DNA from: Clostridia bacterium
GTDB taxonomy: Bacteria; Bacillota; Clostridia; Oscillospirales; CAG-272
Reading direction: 5' to 3'
Length of the DNA: 64,000 nt
Assembly: GCA_017935065.1 (NCBI GenBank)
Contig: JAGBIF010000031.1
Location: forward strand, 302-64,301
Below the pieces are notes generated by a model, which ran no database searches, had not been told where the DNA came from, and saw nothing but the letters and a program-made list of their open reading frames with translations. Shown piece by piece: positions 51,691 to 62,433 of the stretch. The position numbers were made by a program, and so were the translations under genes. Within the stretch, counting starts at the first letter, position 1. Each line of letters begins with the position of its first letter.

Positions 51691-51858
51691 AATTATGTTA
51701 ACCTCTAAATCTTTTTATGTTTTCTATTATTTTAGCATAAAAAAATCTATTTTACAAGGATTATATTCGCTAATCTTAAAATTTCACAAAACATTTGCAT
51801 TTTTGCTTTGAATGTGTTAATATATAATTGCAAAATATGAGCAAGGGATGGATTTAAT

Positions 51859-52791
51859 ATGGAAGAAAAATACAGTATTCCGCTATCAAAGGTTATAGAT
51901 GAATTCTCGCTTGAGGTCTTTCATCTTCCCGACCTGCCCGAAAATATCCTTGTCACCTGTGCGCGTGTAAACCGCCCGGGGCTTCAGGTTGCGGGCTTTT
52001 ACGATTATTACGAGCAGGCAAGGCTTCAGATTATCGGCAAGATGGAAAATCACTTCATAACCAATCTTCCCGATGATGAGAGACAGAGGAGGCTTGACGA
52101 TTTCTTCCGCTCGGGACCTGCGGGCGTTATAATGACCTCTCACAATCCGATATCAGATGAGATGGTGGCTCTTGCCGAGAAGTACAGGGTGCCGCTTCTT
52201 CGTACGGGCGAGAGAACGAGCGAGTTTATGGCGGCACTTATCGCCTATCTTAACGTTGAGCTTGGACCGAGGATCACCCGTCACGGTGTCCTTATCGAGG
52301 TCTACGGCGAGGGTATTCTTCTGCTCGGCGACTCGGGAGTGGGTAAGAGCGAGACCGCGATAGAGCTTGTAAAGCGCGGACACAGGCTTATTGCAGACGA
52401 TGCCGTTGAGATAAAGCGCGTGTCTGCCACTACTCTTGTAGGACAGGCGCCCGAGATAATAAGACACTATGTAGAGCTTCGCGGTATCGGTATCGTAGAC
52501 GTCAGACGGCTTTTCGGTATGGGAGCTATCAAGCTGACCGAGAAGATAGACCTTGTTATCAACCTTGAGAACTGGGTCGAGGGCAAGATGTACGACAGGC
52601 TCGGTATTGACGAGGAAACCACCGATATTCTCGGAATTAAGGTGCCGAGCATAACGCTTCCCGTAAGACCCGGTAGAAACCTCTCGGTAGTAATCGAGGT
52701 CGCGGCTATGAACAACCGTCAGAAGCGTATGGGCTACAACACCGCAGAGGAGTTCAACAAGCGCCTGATGGAGAGCATGGGCAAGCATTAA
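51859..52791 (+). CDS. hprK: HPr kinase/phosphorylase
   Basis: 310 aa. It has the Walker-like motif GDSGVGKSETAIEL, HRLIADD, ELRGIGI and other family landmarks. Confidence 0.9.
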   Translation: MEEKYSIPLSKVIDEFSLEVFHLPDLPENILVTCARVNRPGLQVAGFYDYYEQARLQIIGKMENHFITNLPDDERQRRLDDFFRSGPAGVIMTSHNPISDEMVALAEKYRVPLLRTGERTSEFMAALIAYLNVELGPRITRHGVLIEVYGEGILLLGDSGVGKSETAIELVKRGHRLIADDAVEIKRVSATTLVGQAPEIIRHYVELRGIGIVDVRRLFGMGAIKLTEKIDLVINLENWVEGKMYDRLGIDEETTDILGIKVPSITLPVRPGRNLSVVIEVAAMNNRQKRMGYNTAEEFNKRLMESMGKH

Positions 52792-52867
52792 TTTCCTAAA
52801 TATTGAATAAACCGAAATTCCTTCGCATAGTATTGAACAAATACTGAATTTGCGGAGGAATTTTTTT

Positions 52868-54430
52868 ATGCAGGATAACGCGGGAAAATGCACCGAGGAA
52901 AATACCGTTATATGCGAGAGAAAATGCACGGGAGGCAGGCTTGACAGTTCGTGCGACTTTTATCTTCCCGATTATATGGGGGACGTGAAGCGCATTATGG
53001 TGAGCGAGGCTGTAGCGATGAATGCGGGATATAGCGAAAATGAGGGCGGTGTATCGTTTGCGGTGGTTGTCGGCTACAGCGTAATCTATCTCGACGGAGA
53101 GAACAGGCTTACCGAGGCGCAGTTTACATCCGACCTTGAGTTCTCGGTTCCTTGTGATGAAAAAATCGTTGATGCCACCCTTGAGCTTGACGTGCCGAGC
53201 CTTCAGATACGCGCGGCGGGGGCAAGAAAGCTCTCGGCTAAGGCTACCGTCAGCGCCGAGGTCGGACTTCTGGTAAAGAGGTGTATGCCGCCCGAGACGC
53301 TTCCCGCGGGCAGTGAGACCGTCCTCTCGGAAATCTCGCTTTACAGCCCGAGGTATCTCCCCTCGTGCGAGTATGATCTTGCCGAGCAGATAGCCTTTAT
53401 AGAGGACGTGAGTGCCGAGGAGCTTGAGGTAATATTCGAGAGGGCGGAGGTGCTTCACGCGGAGGTGTCGGGTGATGACACGGGCACAGGTGTAGAGGCA
53501 GAGCTTCTCGGCAGGTGTCTCATCAGAAAAAACGGCGAGAGCTACGCGGCGCACTCGGGAGTGCTTAAGCTTTCCGCGCCACTTCCCGAGCAGTGGGAGG
53601 GGCAGGTGCCCGACTGTCTTAAGGTGGATATAACCTCGGTCAGCTGCTCGGTAAACAATGCGACGAGCGATGAGGATATGAGGGTTGGCGCCTCGGTGGT
53701 TATAGGTCTTGTGGCAGAGCTTTCCGGCAGGGTTGACGGTTGTGTGAAAAGAAGGGTGGTAAGGGATGCCTTTATACCCGGGCAGGCGAGCGAATGTACG
53801 GTGCAGAGCCTTGAATATGACGAGCTTTGCTTCAAAAGAGACGTCCGCGAGAGGGTATCGTTTGATATTATGGCAGGCGATATAGGGCTTGAGCGACTAG
53901 ACGATCTGCTTCTCTGTACCTCGAAATTTAAAATGGGTGAGACGGTAAACGAGGACGGCGAGCTTTACTGTGATGGTGAGATTATGACCTCGGGAATTGC
54001 TCTTTCTGACGGGCGAGCCCTGCAGTTTAAGCGCGCGTATCCTGTGAGAGTACCCTTGAGGCTGTCCTGCGATAACGACGTAAGGCTTCTCAGGACGGTT
54101 GAGCTTCAAGCCTGCGAGCATCACCCCGCACAGGATAGAATAGGTGTTGTGTGCACGCTGAAAATGTATATAAGAGGTATAAAAAGAAAAAGCGAGCGCG
54201 CGGTGGCTGATATCCACAGCGAGCCGTGTGATGAGTGCGATGATTTTGGCGTATGTATTTACTATCCGAGGGTAGGGGACACACTGTTTTCGGTTGCTAA
54301 AAAATACAGGGTGGGGTGCGAGGGCATTGCCGAAAGAAACGGCATAGCTGTACCTACCTTGAGTATAAATAATAACGAGCTGAAGCTCGATATAGCAAAG
54401 CCGATAATTATAGAAAAAACGCTTAAATGA
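52868..54430 (+). CDS. DUF3794 (SPOCS) domain protein with a C-terminal LysM
   Basis: It has repeated DUF3794-like modules and the C-terminal LysM YYPRVGDTLFSVAKKYRVGCEGIAERNGI. The start at 52868 follows GGAGG. Confidence 0.6.
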   Translation: MQDNAGKCTEENTVICERKCTGGRLDSSCDFYLPDYMGDVKRIMVSEAVAMNAGYSENEGGVSFAVVVGYSVIYLDGENRLTEAQFTSDLEFSVPCDEKIVDATLELDVPSLQIRAAGARKLSAKATVSAEVGLLVKRCMPPETLPAGSETVLSEISLYSPRYLPSCEYDLAEQIAFIEDVSAEELEVIFERAEVLHAEVSGDDTGTGVEAELLGRCLIRKNGESYAAHSGVLKLSAPLPEQWEGQVPDCLKVDITSVSCSVNNATSDEDMRVGASVVIGLVAELSGRVDGCVKRRVVRDAFIPGQASECTVQSLEYDELCFKRDVRERVSFDIMAGDIGLERLDDLLLCTSKFKMGETVNEDGELYCDGEIMTSGIALSDGRALQFKRAYPVRVPLRLSCDNDVRLLRTVELQACEHHPAQDRIGVVCTLKMYIRGIKRKSERAVADIHSEPCDECDDFGVCIYYPRVGDTLFSVAKKYRVGCEGIAERNGIAVPTLSINNNELKLDIAKPIIIEKTLK

Positions 54431-54478
54431 CAATAGTAATTTACATTCTACCCAGATAAATATTAAATGTCGACAAAT

Positions 54479-54525
54479 AAATAATGCGTGCTAAACGTTT
54501 TGTAAGTTAGCACGCATTATTTTTG
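54479..54525. terminator. Bidirectional intrinsic terminator between convergent genes
   Basis: AATAATGCGTGCTAA ... TTAGCACGCATTATT, with A-run and T-run flanks on both sides. Confidence 0.8.
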
Positions 54526-54536
54526 TTAAAGGAAGA

Positions 54537-57149
54537 TCAGCTCTGCTGGAGCCAATTTTTTCCGCTTGTTACATCTACTGTAAGAGGCACCGAAAGCTTG
54601 ACTGCCCTTTCCATTTCTTCCTTAAGGATACCTGCTACAAGCTCGCGGTCTGAGTCGGGACACTCAACTACAAGCTCATCGTGAACCTGCATTACGATTT
54701 TAGCATCCGGCACGTCCCTCTTAAGCCTCTCGTAAACCCTTATCATCGCAAGCTTCATAACGTCTGCCGCGGTACCCTGTATGGGCGCGTTCATAGCAAT
54801 ACGCTTGCCGAGCTGTCTTTGCATACCGTTTGCGGCACGAAGCTCTGGGATATATCTGCGCCGACCGAACTCGGTGACGGTGTAGCCATTCACCCTCGCA
54901 TCCTCGACCACGCGCTCAAGATAGCTGTCGATGCCAGGGTAATTCATAAGATAATTCTTAATGTATCTCGTAGCCTCTGCTGAGGTCGTTCCGATATCCT
55001 TCGCGAGCGAGAAGCCGCTGATGCCGTAAACGATACCGAAGTTTACCGCCTTGGCACGCTTTCTCATATCGTCTGTGACAAATTCCTCGGGTATGCTGAA
55101 TACAGCGGCGGCGGTCTTTCTGTGAATATCCTCGTTATGAATAAAGGCGTTTTTCATATTGTAATCGTCTGACATATGAGAGAGCAGACGAAGCTCTATT
55201 TGCGAGTAGTCGGCATCAACCAGAGTATAGCCCTCTCTTGCGATAAAGTAGCGTCTCATCTCGCGTCCCATGGCCGTTCTTATCGGTATATTCTGAAGGT
55301 TGGGATCGGCAGATGAAAGCCTTCCCGTTGCGGTGAGCGCCTGCTTGAAATCGGTGTGTATTCTGTCGTTTTCGTCAACAAGCCTCGGCAGGGCGTTTGC
55401 ATACGTGCCGTGAAGCTTTGTTACCTGACGGTACTCAAGAATGTCGTCAATTATAGGTGAATACTGACGCAACTCTTCGAGAGTTTCGGCATCGGTAGAA
55501 AATCCATTTTTATTCTTTTTCTTCTTACAAGGTAAACCAAGCTTTACAAAAAGCACCTCGCCGAGCTGTTTTGGTGAATTAATGTTGAACTCGCCAAGCG
55601 CCTGAATATATATTCTTTCCTTAAGCTCATTTGCAAGCTTGTCAAGAGCCTCGGCAAAATCCCTCATGCCAGAAACGTTTATCTTGAAGCCCACCCTCTC
55701 ACACTCAAACAGAACGGGGATCAGGGGAAGCTCAAGCTCATCAAGCACTCTCGTGAGCCCGTCTTTTTCAAGCTCGTCTCTCATAATTTTCTCAAGAGGG
55801 AGAAGAAGATCGTGGCAGGGGTCGGAGGCCTCGGCTGGAACACCGAGATAGTTCATAGCAAGCGTGTCCAGCGTCGCGCAAGCGCCGCCTGGATTTTTAA
55901 CATAGGCGTAGAGCATAAGGTCGCAAAATTTGGGTATGCGAGTGAATTCAGCTCCCCTCTTATCAAGCGCGTGAAGAAGCGTCTTTGCATCGTACAGAAC
56001 CAGCTCGCGAGCGTCCGAGAGCGCATCCGCAAGAAGGGATAGGTCGTCGCTGTAAACGAAGGCTCTCTCTCCCGTACAGAGGTAGGCATCATCACCGACA
56101 AGCGCCAACGCTACTCTTTCACAGCGGAGCCTGTCAAGCTCATCCCTTGTGATAGGCTCGCTTTTCATTCTATCATATGAGGGCAGGGGCTCGCCCGCGG
56201 GCTCATCTGCCCCCGTCTTTTTCTCGTCATCCTGTCGGACGGCAGGCTCGCTCTTTGGTGCGGGCGCTTCGGTTATTACATCCTTTGCCGAAAGTCCCAG
56301 CTTCGTTATAAACGAGTTCAGCTCAAGCTCGGTGAGCTTCTTGTAAAGCCCGCCCCTGTCCATAGGCCTTACGGCAAGGTCCTCGAGTGTGAGCCCGAGG
56401 GGTACGTCGGTCATTATTCTTGCAAGCTCTCGCGAGAGATAGGCATCCTCTCTGCAGTCAAGGAGCTTCTGCCTTGTTCCCTTGGTGATTTTCTCGGAAT
56501 TGATATTCTCGTAAATTCCGTCTAGCGTTCCGAACTCGGTAATGAGTGCCGCCGCACCCTTGTCACCGATGCCTCGCACGCCTGGGATATTGTCCGACTT
56601 GTCACCCATAATAGCCTTCATATCAACGAAGCGGTCGGGCGTTACGCCGTATTTCTCAAAAAACTGCTCTTTGTGATAGGCGACCGTCTCGTGCACCGAC
56701 GGGTAGAGAACGGTAATTCTGTCATCAATCAGCTGAAAAAGGTCTCGGTCGCCCGAGAGAATATAGCTCTCAAGGCTCTCATCCTGCCTTGCGAATGAGG
56801 CAACCGTGCCCTGAATATCGTCTGCCTCATAGCCCTCAAGCTCAAGCACGCTTATTCCAAAAAGCCTTAAGCAGTCCTTGAGATAGGGGAACTGCTCAAG
56901 CAGCTCGGGGTCGGCCTTTTTGCGTCCTGCCTTGTAATCCGCGTACATTTTATGGCGGAAGGTGGGTGCCTTAAGGTCAAACGCGACTGCCGCAAAGTCG
57001 GGCTTTAGGGTGTTCACCTGCTTAAGTATGATATTCAGCGCGCCGAATACCGCATTCGTATGCTTACCCTGACGCGTGGTAAGCGGCTTTACACCGTAAT
57101 AGGCGCGGTTTATAATGCTGTTGCCGTCAACGACAAGTATTTTTTTCAT
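54537..57149 (-). CDS. polA: DNA polymerase I
   Basis: 870 aa. It has the 5' nuclease N-terminus (ILVVDGNSIINRAYY) and the polymerase motifs DYSQIELR, RRxAKAVNFGIVYG and QVHDELV. Confidence 0.95.
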   Translation of the reverse strand: MKKILVVDGNSIINRAYYGVKPLTTRQGKHTNAVFGALNIILKQVNTLKPDFAAVAFDLKAPTFRHKMYADYKAGRKKADPELLEQFPYLKDCLRLFGISVLELEGYEADDIQGTVASFARQDESLESYILSGDRDLFQLIDDRITVLYPSVHETVAYHKEQFFEKYGVTPDRFVDMKAIMGDKSDNIPGVRGIGDKGAAALITEFGTLDGIYENINSEKITKGTRQKLLDCREDAYLSRELARIMTDVPLGLTLEDLAVRPMDRGGLYKKLTELELNSFITKLGLSAKDVITEAPAPKSEPAVRQDDEKKTGADEPAGEPLPSYDRMKSEPITRDELDRLRCERVALALVGDDAYLCTGERAFVYSDDLSLLADALSDARELVLYDAKTLLHALDKRGAEFTRIPKFCDLMLYAYVKNPGGACATLDTLAMNYLGVPAEASDPCHDLLLPLEKIMRDELEKDGLTRVLDELELPLIPVLFECERVGFKINVSGMRDFAEALDKLANELKERIYIQALGEFNINSPKQLGEVLFVKLGLPCKKKKNKNGFSTDAETLEELRQYSPIIDDILEYRQVTKLHGTYANALPRLVDENDRIHTDFKQALTATGRLSSADPNLQNIPIRTAMGREMRRYFIAREGYTLVDADYSQIELRLLSHMSDDYNMKNAFIHNEDIHRKTAAAVFSIPEEFVTDDMRKRAKAVNFGIVYGISGFSLAKDIGTTSAEATRYIKNYLMNYPGIDSYLERVVEDARVNGYTVTEFGRRRYIPELRAANGMQRQLGKRIAMNAPIQGTAADVMKLAMIRVYERLKRDVPDAKIVMQVHDELVVECPDSDRELVAGILKEEMERAVKLSVPLTVDVTSGKNWLQQS

Positions 57150-57171
57150 TATCTTCTCCTTTTATGAGAGC

Positions 57172-58305
57172 TTAAATGTCCTCTGTGGTATCGTTCGGAG
57201 TAATGCTTCCGTCCTCGTCCTCGACGCTCTGACTTGATTCAAGCGGTTCGGTGATCACGGGCTCCCCGTCATCGCCGCCACCGTCCGAAAAATCCGCCTC
57301 ATCACCGTCCGCCTCGGTAGGCTCGGCTCCGTGCTGTGCCAGAAGAAGCTCATCATGCTCGCGCTTGGCAATGGCGTTTATAAGCCTTATATGCTCAAGC
57401 TTTGCGTTTTCCTCTCTTAAGTTGATCTGTGACTCGGTACTGTCGGCAAGCTCGCGTATCGCCGCGACGATGGCGGATTCCTCATCCTCTTTTGCGCTGT
57501 CAAAGCTTATTAAGCGCAGGCAGACGAAAATACAGAAGGCGAGCGTGAGCGTTACGTCATATATACTGTTTGATACCGATTTACCAGTAGCGAGATATAC
57601 TACTACCGAGGGAATTGAGGAATACGCCGCAACCGATGCCGAGATAAGTCCCATTGCCACATATGCGCGCGGTGTCTGCCTGTCAAGCGATATTCTCGTC
57701 TCAAAGAGCAAAAAGAGCGAGGCGAAAAGATACGCCATCTGGTCGGTGAGCTTATTCGGCGCGTTGATAGGGAGGCTTGCCTCAAAATACAGATAAGCCG
57801 CGTAGGTCGCAAACAGAAGCACACCGCAAAGACAAAAGCCTGCTCTGCCCGCACTGTAGCGCGAGGGATTGAGTGCCGCCAGAATGAGGTATGCTGAGGT
57901 AAGAAGCGCAAGAACGAATACCGCAAGCTCAACTATTGAAAGCGGCTCTTTTAGGTAGGCACTAAAATCAAGCGGTAGCTCACGCGACTTAAGGCGCACG
58001 AGCATTGATATGCCGAGAAAGACCGTCGCGCACCCAAGCACCGCCGAGGCAACGTACCCCTTAGTGCAGTTAAGCTCAAAGCGCACCCGCATATTGCTCT
58101 TGCCTATAAATAGGTAGGTGAAGAACAGAACGCATACGCCGATAAGCATATAGTCGGATACGCTTATGAGCGTCCTCTGATTAAAATAACCGCTTGTAAA
58201 ATCAAAGTCCTTGATAAGAGCTATGCATCTTATCGTGACCGTCGCGATAAGAAAGATTAAGAAAATAGGGAGGTAGGTGCCTATTCTTTTGCTTTTCTTT
58301 GTCAT
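57172..58305 (-). CDS. Polytopic membrane protein with an acidic C-terminal tail, function unknown
   Basis: 377 aa with about 8 TM, a coiled segment and an Asp/Glu-rich C-terminus. It lies 22 nt upstream of polA on the same strand. Confidence 0.5.
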   Translation of the reverse strand: MTKKSKRIGTYLPIFLIFLIATVTIRCIALIKDFDFTSGYFNQRTLISVSDYMLIGVCVLFFTYLFIGKSNMRVRFELNCTKGYVASAVLGCATVFLGISMLVRLKSRELPLDFSAYLKEPLSIVELAVFVLALLTSAYLILAALNPSRYSAGRAGFCLCGVLLFATYAAYLYFEASLPINAPNKLTDQMAYLFASLFLLFETRISLDRQTPRAYVAMGLISASVAAYSSIPSVVVYLATGKSVSNSIYDVTLTLAFCIFVCLRLISFDSAKEDEESAIVAAIRELADSTESQINLREENAKLEHIRLINAIAKREHDELLLAQHGAEPTEADGDEADFSDGGGDDGEPVITEPLESSQSVEDEDGSITPNDTTEDI

Positions 58306-58593
58306 TTGGTGAAAATTCCTTCATTTATTATTATATGTGTCATTATATATATCGCTGTATAGAGCATCGGATAAAGCTTCTTCGTGATGCGTCCGCTATT
58401 CTTATATTTTACTATATAATTATTAACAAACTGTAAACAAACAAAAAGAGCTTGCAAAATAACCGTATAAAGCTTACTTTTACCCCACGGAAGGCCTCTT
58501 ACGCGGGGTGGATTATGCTTTAGTTGTGCAAGTTATACAAAAATATATGTGGAAATGAGAGAAAATTTCTACAAATATTTTTTGATATAGGTG

Positions 58594-58622
58594 TTGATTT
58601 TTAAAATATTATAGTGTATAAT
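58594..58622 (+). promoter_or_regulatory. Sigma-A type promoter of the S10 operon
   Basis: TTGATT (58594-58599), a 17-nt spacer, then TATAAT (58617-58622). Confidence 0.6.
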
Positions 58623-58895
58623 AGTCTCTGCTTGATATGCGATGATGCGGGAGGTGGCTACCCGAAGTATGCGCTCTTACGTGCGTATATATAGAGGTAG
58701 GGAATTTCCGCGGAGTATGTCCGATATTTAACCGGGCGGAAATAGCTGTGTAGACGTTACGGTTCGTTTGCCGACTGCGGAGGAGGCTTTCGAATCGTTA
58801 GTGTTGGGCATCGTATGATACGCAAGGCACAGTGTAAAACCAATTCGCCCTTCTTAATGCGGTCGAGCGAACATTTTAAGAAGGAGGAAACAAAA
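58623..58895 (+). promoter_or_regulatory. ~270-nt structured 5' leader of the S10 operon, with a Shine-Dalgarno-sequestering helix
   Basis: CCTTCTTAA (58849-58857) pairs with TTAAGAAGG (58876-58884), which overlaps the Shine-Dalgarno sequence GGAGG (58883-58887). There is an additional 8-bp helix, ATTTCCGC with GCGGAAAT. Confidence 0.5.
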
Positions 58896-59201
58896 ATGGC
58901 ACAGAAAATCAGAGTGAGACTCAAGAGCTACGATTCGACTATCATTGATGCCGCAGCAGCAAAGATTGTAGACGTTGCAAAGAGAAATGGAAGCAAGGTC
59001 AGCGGTCCTATTCCGCTTCCTACCGACAGAGAGATCGTTACGATCCTTCGTGCGGTTCACAAGTACAAGGACAGCCGTGAGCAGTTTGAAATGCGTACTC
59101 ACAAGCGTCTTATCGACATTACTATCAACGATAAGAAGGTGCTTGAGGCGCTTCTCGCGGTAGAGCTTCCTGCCGGCGTTCAGGTAGAGGTCAAGCAGTA
59201 A
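58896..59201 (+). CDS. rpsJ: 30S ribosomal protein S10
   Basis: [13 protein letters not shown]...; AAGGAGG lies upstream. Confidence 0.97.
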   Translation: MAQKIRVRLKSYDSTIIDAAAAKIVDVAKRNGSKVSGPIPLPTDREIVTILRAVHKYKDSREQFEMRTHKRLIDITINDKKVLEALLAVELPAGVQVEVKQ

Positions 59202-59330
59202 ACGCCAAAACGTTCTTCGGAACAAACGGGAGCTTCAAATCCCGAAAACCACGGCCTCGTGGTCAAGTTGGCGAGATCGCGCTTTAGCGAAAATTCAAAC
59301 CCGTCAACCAATAACCTAATGGAGGAAAAA

Positions 59331-59960
59331 ATGAAAAAGTGCATTATCGGTAAGAAGCTGGGCATGACTCAGATCTTCGATAACAAGGGCAACGTGATAC
59401 CCGTAACCCTGATTGAAGCAGGCCCCTGCGTGGTAGCACAGAAAAAGACCGTTGAAACCGACGGCTATGCAGCAATTCAGCTTGCATATGAGGACACTAA
59501 GGAAAAGCACCTCACCAAGGCAGAGCTCGGACACCTTAAGAAGGCGGGCGTTTCTGCTAAAAAGCATCTCAAGGAATTCAGAGTAGACGACGTAGCGGCT
59601 TACGAGGCTGGCTCCGTGGTAACCGTCGATACCTTCACCGAGGGTGACAAGGTCGACGTAACAGGTATCACGAAGGGTCGCGGATACAGCGGTTGCGTAA
59701 AGAGATGGGGACATCACATCCTTAGAATGACTCACGGTACAGGACCTATTCACCGTCAGCCCGGTTCGATGGGCGTTATTGACCCCGCGAGAATCTTCAA
59801 GAACAAGAAGATGCCCGGTCAGTACGGTAACGAGCAGGTCACCATCCTTAACCTTGAAGCGGTTAAGATCGACGCAGAAAAGAATCTCATCGCAGTAAAG
59901 GGTGCCATCCCCGGCGCAAAGGGCGGTATCGTATTTATTCGCGATTCGGTTAAAGCATAA
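59331..59960 (+). CDS. rplC: 50S ribosomal protein L3
   Basis: [17 protein letters not shown]...; GGAGG lies upstream. The track start at 59259 is an upstream extension. Confidence 0.95.
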   Translation: MKKCIIGKKLGMTQIFDNKGNVIPVTLIEAGPCVVAQKKTVETDGYAAIQLAYEDTKEKHLTKAELGHLKKAGVSAKKHLKEFRVDDVAAYEAGSVVTVDTFTEGDKVDVTGITKGRGYSGCVKRWGHHILRMTHGTGPIHRQPGSMGVIDPARIFKNKKMPGQYGNEQVTILNLEAVKIDAEKNLIAVKGAIPGAKGGIVFIRDSVKA

Positions 59961-59978
59961 CGGAAGGAGGAACACACA

Positions 59979-60608
59979 ATGCCTAATATGAAAGTTGTTG
60001 ATATGGCGGGCAAGGAAGTAGGCGAAATTACTTTATCTTCTGTCGTTTTCGGCCAAGAGAAGGTTAATAATGCAGTCCTCCACACCGCAGTAAGAGCATA
60101 CCTTCTTAATCAGAGACAGGGTACACAGTCCACCCTCACCCGCACTGAGGTGTCGGGCGGCGGCAGAAAGCCCTGGAAGCAGAAGGGTACGGGCCACGCA
60201 AGACAGGGAAGCACACGTTCGCCTCAGTGGACACACGGCGGAGTTGCTCTCGGTCCTAAGCCCCGTAGCTACAGAGTAGAGCTTGATAAGAGAACCAGAA
60301 GAGCTGCTCTCTTCTCGGCGCTCACTACAAAGGTTGTCAACGATGAGATGATCGTTGTTGACGCAATCACCGCAAACGAGTACAAGACCAAGACCATGGT
60401 TGCTATGCTCGATGCAATCGGCGCGGCAAAGAAGACGCTTATCGTTCTTCCCGCGGTTGACTCTTGCGTAATCAAGAGCTGTGACAACATTGAGGGTGTA
60501 AAGACCACTCAGTGGAATAGTTTGAACGTATACGATATCCTTAACTGTGACACTATCGTGTTTGCAAAGGATGCCGTAGCAAAGATTGAGGAGGTATATA
60601 GCAAATGA
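59979..60608 (+). CDS. rplD: 50S ribosomal protein L4
   Basis: It has conserved S10-operon order and the motif [19 protein letters not shown]. Confidence 0.97.
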   Translation: MPNMKVVDMAGKEVGEITLSSVVFGQEKVNNAVLHTAVRAYLLNQRQGTQSTLTRTEVSGGGRKPWKQKGTGHARQGSTRSPQWTHGGVALGPKPRSYRVELDKRTRRAALFSALTTKVVNDEMIVVDAITANEYKTKTMVAMLDAIGAAKKTLIVLPAVDSCVIKSCDNIEGVKTTQWNSLNVYDILNCDTIVFAKDAVAKIEEVYSK

Positions 60609-60901
60609 AATCACTTGCAGATATCATTGTAAGACCTCTTGTAACAGAGAAGAGCATGTCGGGCGTTGCTGAGAAGCGTTACTGCTTCGAGGTTAAGTCG
60701 GATGCTACCAAGGCAGATATTGCGGCTGCAGTCGAGGCAATGTTCAAGAACGTCAAGGTTGCTGCTGTCAATACTATCACGATGAAGAAGAAGCCCAAGA
60801 GAATGGGTGTCCATTTCGGATACACCAGCGAGTGGAAGAAGGCAGTCGTTACCCTTACCGCCGACTCTAAGGCAATCGAATTCTTCGAGAGCATGAACTA
60901 A
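60605..60901 (+). CDS. rplW: 50S ribosomal protein L23
   Basis: [11 protein letters not shown] motif and operon position. Confidence 0.97.
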   Translation: MKSLADIIVRPLVTEKSMSGVAEKRYCFEVKSDATKADIAAAVEAMFKNVKVAAVNTITMKKKPKRMGVHFGYTSEWKKAVVTLTADSKAIEFFESMN

Positions 60902-60920
60902 TCGTAGGAGGTAATCAATA

Positions 60921-61751
60921 ATGGCAACTATGAAGTATAAGCCGACAACACCGTCGCGCAGAAATATGGTAAGCCCTTCCTTCGACGAGGTAACCAAGTT
61001 CTCTCCCGAAAAGAGCCTTATCGTAAAGAAAAAGAAGAACGCCGGCAGAAACAGCTACGGTAAGATCACCGTACGTCATCACGGCGGCGGAAACAAGCAG
61101 AAGTACAGACTTATCGACTTCAGAAGAGGCACCGACGGCGAGGCTAAGGTAATCGGAATTGAGTACGATCCTAACAGAACCGCTTATATCGCCCTTCTTG
61201 AAAACGAGGCAGGTAAGAAGAGCTACATCATCGCTCCCGTAGGACTTACCGACGGTGACGTTGTAGCAACCGGTGCTAACGTAGATATCAAGCCCGGTAA
61301 CGTTCTTCCTATTTCTCAGATCCCCGTAGGTACTATTATCCACAACATCGAGCTTTATCCCGGTAAGGGCGCTCAGCTCGTTCGTTCGGCAGGCGCGTTC
61401 GCTCAGCTTATGGCTAAGGAGAACGGCACCGCACAGGTAAGACTTCCCTCGGGTGAGGTTCGTATCATCAGACTTGAGTGCAAGGCTACTATCGGCCAGG
61501 TTGGAAACCTTGAGCATGAGACTATCAAGCTCGGTAAGGCGGGTAAGACTCGTCACAAGGGCATCCGTCCCACCGTACGCGGTTCTGTAATGAACCCCTG
61601 CGATCACCCCCACGGTGGCGGTGAGGGTAAGAGCCCTATCGGACGTCCCGGTCCTGTTACTCCTTGGGGCAAGCCCGCTCTCGGCTATAAGACGAGAAAC
61701 AAGAAGGCAAGAACCAACAAGTTCATTCTTAAGCGCAGAAACGCTAAGTAA
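60921..61751 (+). CDS. rplB: 50S ribosomal protein L2
   Basis: [15 protein letters not shown] ... [13 protein letters not shown]. Confidence 0.98.
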   Translation: MATMKYKPTTPSRRNMVSPSFDEVTKFSPEKSLIVKKKKNAGRNSYGKITVRHHGGGNKQKYRLIDFRRGTDGEAKVIGIEYDPNRTAYIALLENEAGKKSYIIAPVGLTDGDVVATGANVDIKPGNVLPISQIPVGTIIHNIELYPGKGAQLVRSAGAFAQLMAKENGTAQVRLPSGEVRIIRLECKATIGQVGNLEHETIKLGKAGKTRHKGIRPTVRGSVMNPCDHPHGGGEGKSPIGRPGPVTPWGKPALGYKTRNKKARTNKFILKRRNAK

Positions 61752-61777
61752 TGAGAGACTGATAAGGAGAATGAATT

Positions 61778-62053
61778 ATGAGCAGAAGCTTAAAGAAGGC
61801 ACCTTACGTTGAAAAGAAGCTTTTCGACCGTATCTGTGCAATGAATGAAAAGAATGAGAAAAAGGTGCTTAAGACCTGGAGTCGTTCATCAACTATATTC
61901 CCTGATTTCGTAGGACACACTATCGCCGTTCACGACGGTAGAAAGCACGTTCCGGTATACGTTACTGAGGATATGGTCGGACACAAACTCGGCGAATTCG
62001 CCCTTACCCGTACCTTCAAGGGACATGCGGGCTCAAAAACTTCGAATAAATAA
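61778..62053 (+). CDS. rpsS: 30S ribosomal protein S19
   Basis: [11 protein letters not shown] ... [16 protein letters not shown]. Confidence 0.98.
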   Translation: MSRSLKKAPYVEKKLFDRICAMNEKNEKKVLKTWSRSSTIFPDFVGHTIAVHDGRKHVPVYVTEDMVGHKLGEFALTRTFKGHAGSKTSNK

Positions 62054-62090
62054 GGAAATCGCAATATAGCGAGAGGAGGCAATTCCGATA

Positions 62091-62432
62091 ATGGAAGCAA
62101 AAGCACATCTTAAATATGTCAGAATTTCTCCGCGCAAGGTAAAGATCGTACTTGACCTTATCAGAGGCAAGGATACCGATGCGGCAATGGCTATTCTCAA
62201 GAATACCAACAAAATTGCCAGCGAGCATCTTATAAAGCTGCTCAAGAGCGCGGTAGCAAATGCAGAACACAATTACAACATGAATGCAGGTAACCTCTTT
62301 GTTTCCGAATGCTTCGTATGCCCCGGCCCCACACTCAAGAGAGTACAGCCCAGAGCACAGGGTAGAGCATTCCAGATCCTTAAGAGAACCAGCCACGTTA
62401 CACTCGTAGTAAAAGAGAAGGAGGTAAGCTGA
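62091..62432 (+). CDS. rplV: 50S ribosomal protein L22
   Basis: [27 protein letters not shown]. Confidence 0.97.
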   Translation: MEAKAHLKYVRISPRKVKIVLDLIRGKDTDAAMAILKNTNKIASEHLIKLLKSAVANAEHNYNMNAGNLFVSECFVCPGPTLKRVQPRAQGRAFQILKRTSHVTLVVKEKEVS

Positions 62433-62433
62433 A

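Noticed and set aside
52153-53554. Minus-strand ORFs 52153-52929 (258 aa) and 52796-53554 (252 aa)
   Set aside because: They are antisense to hprK and the DUF3794/LysM gene, both of which have strong plus-strand signatures.
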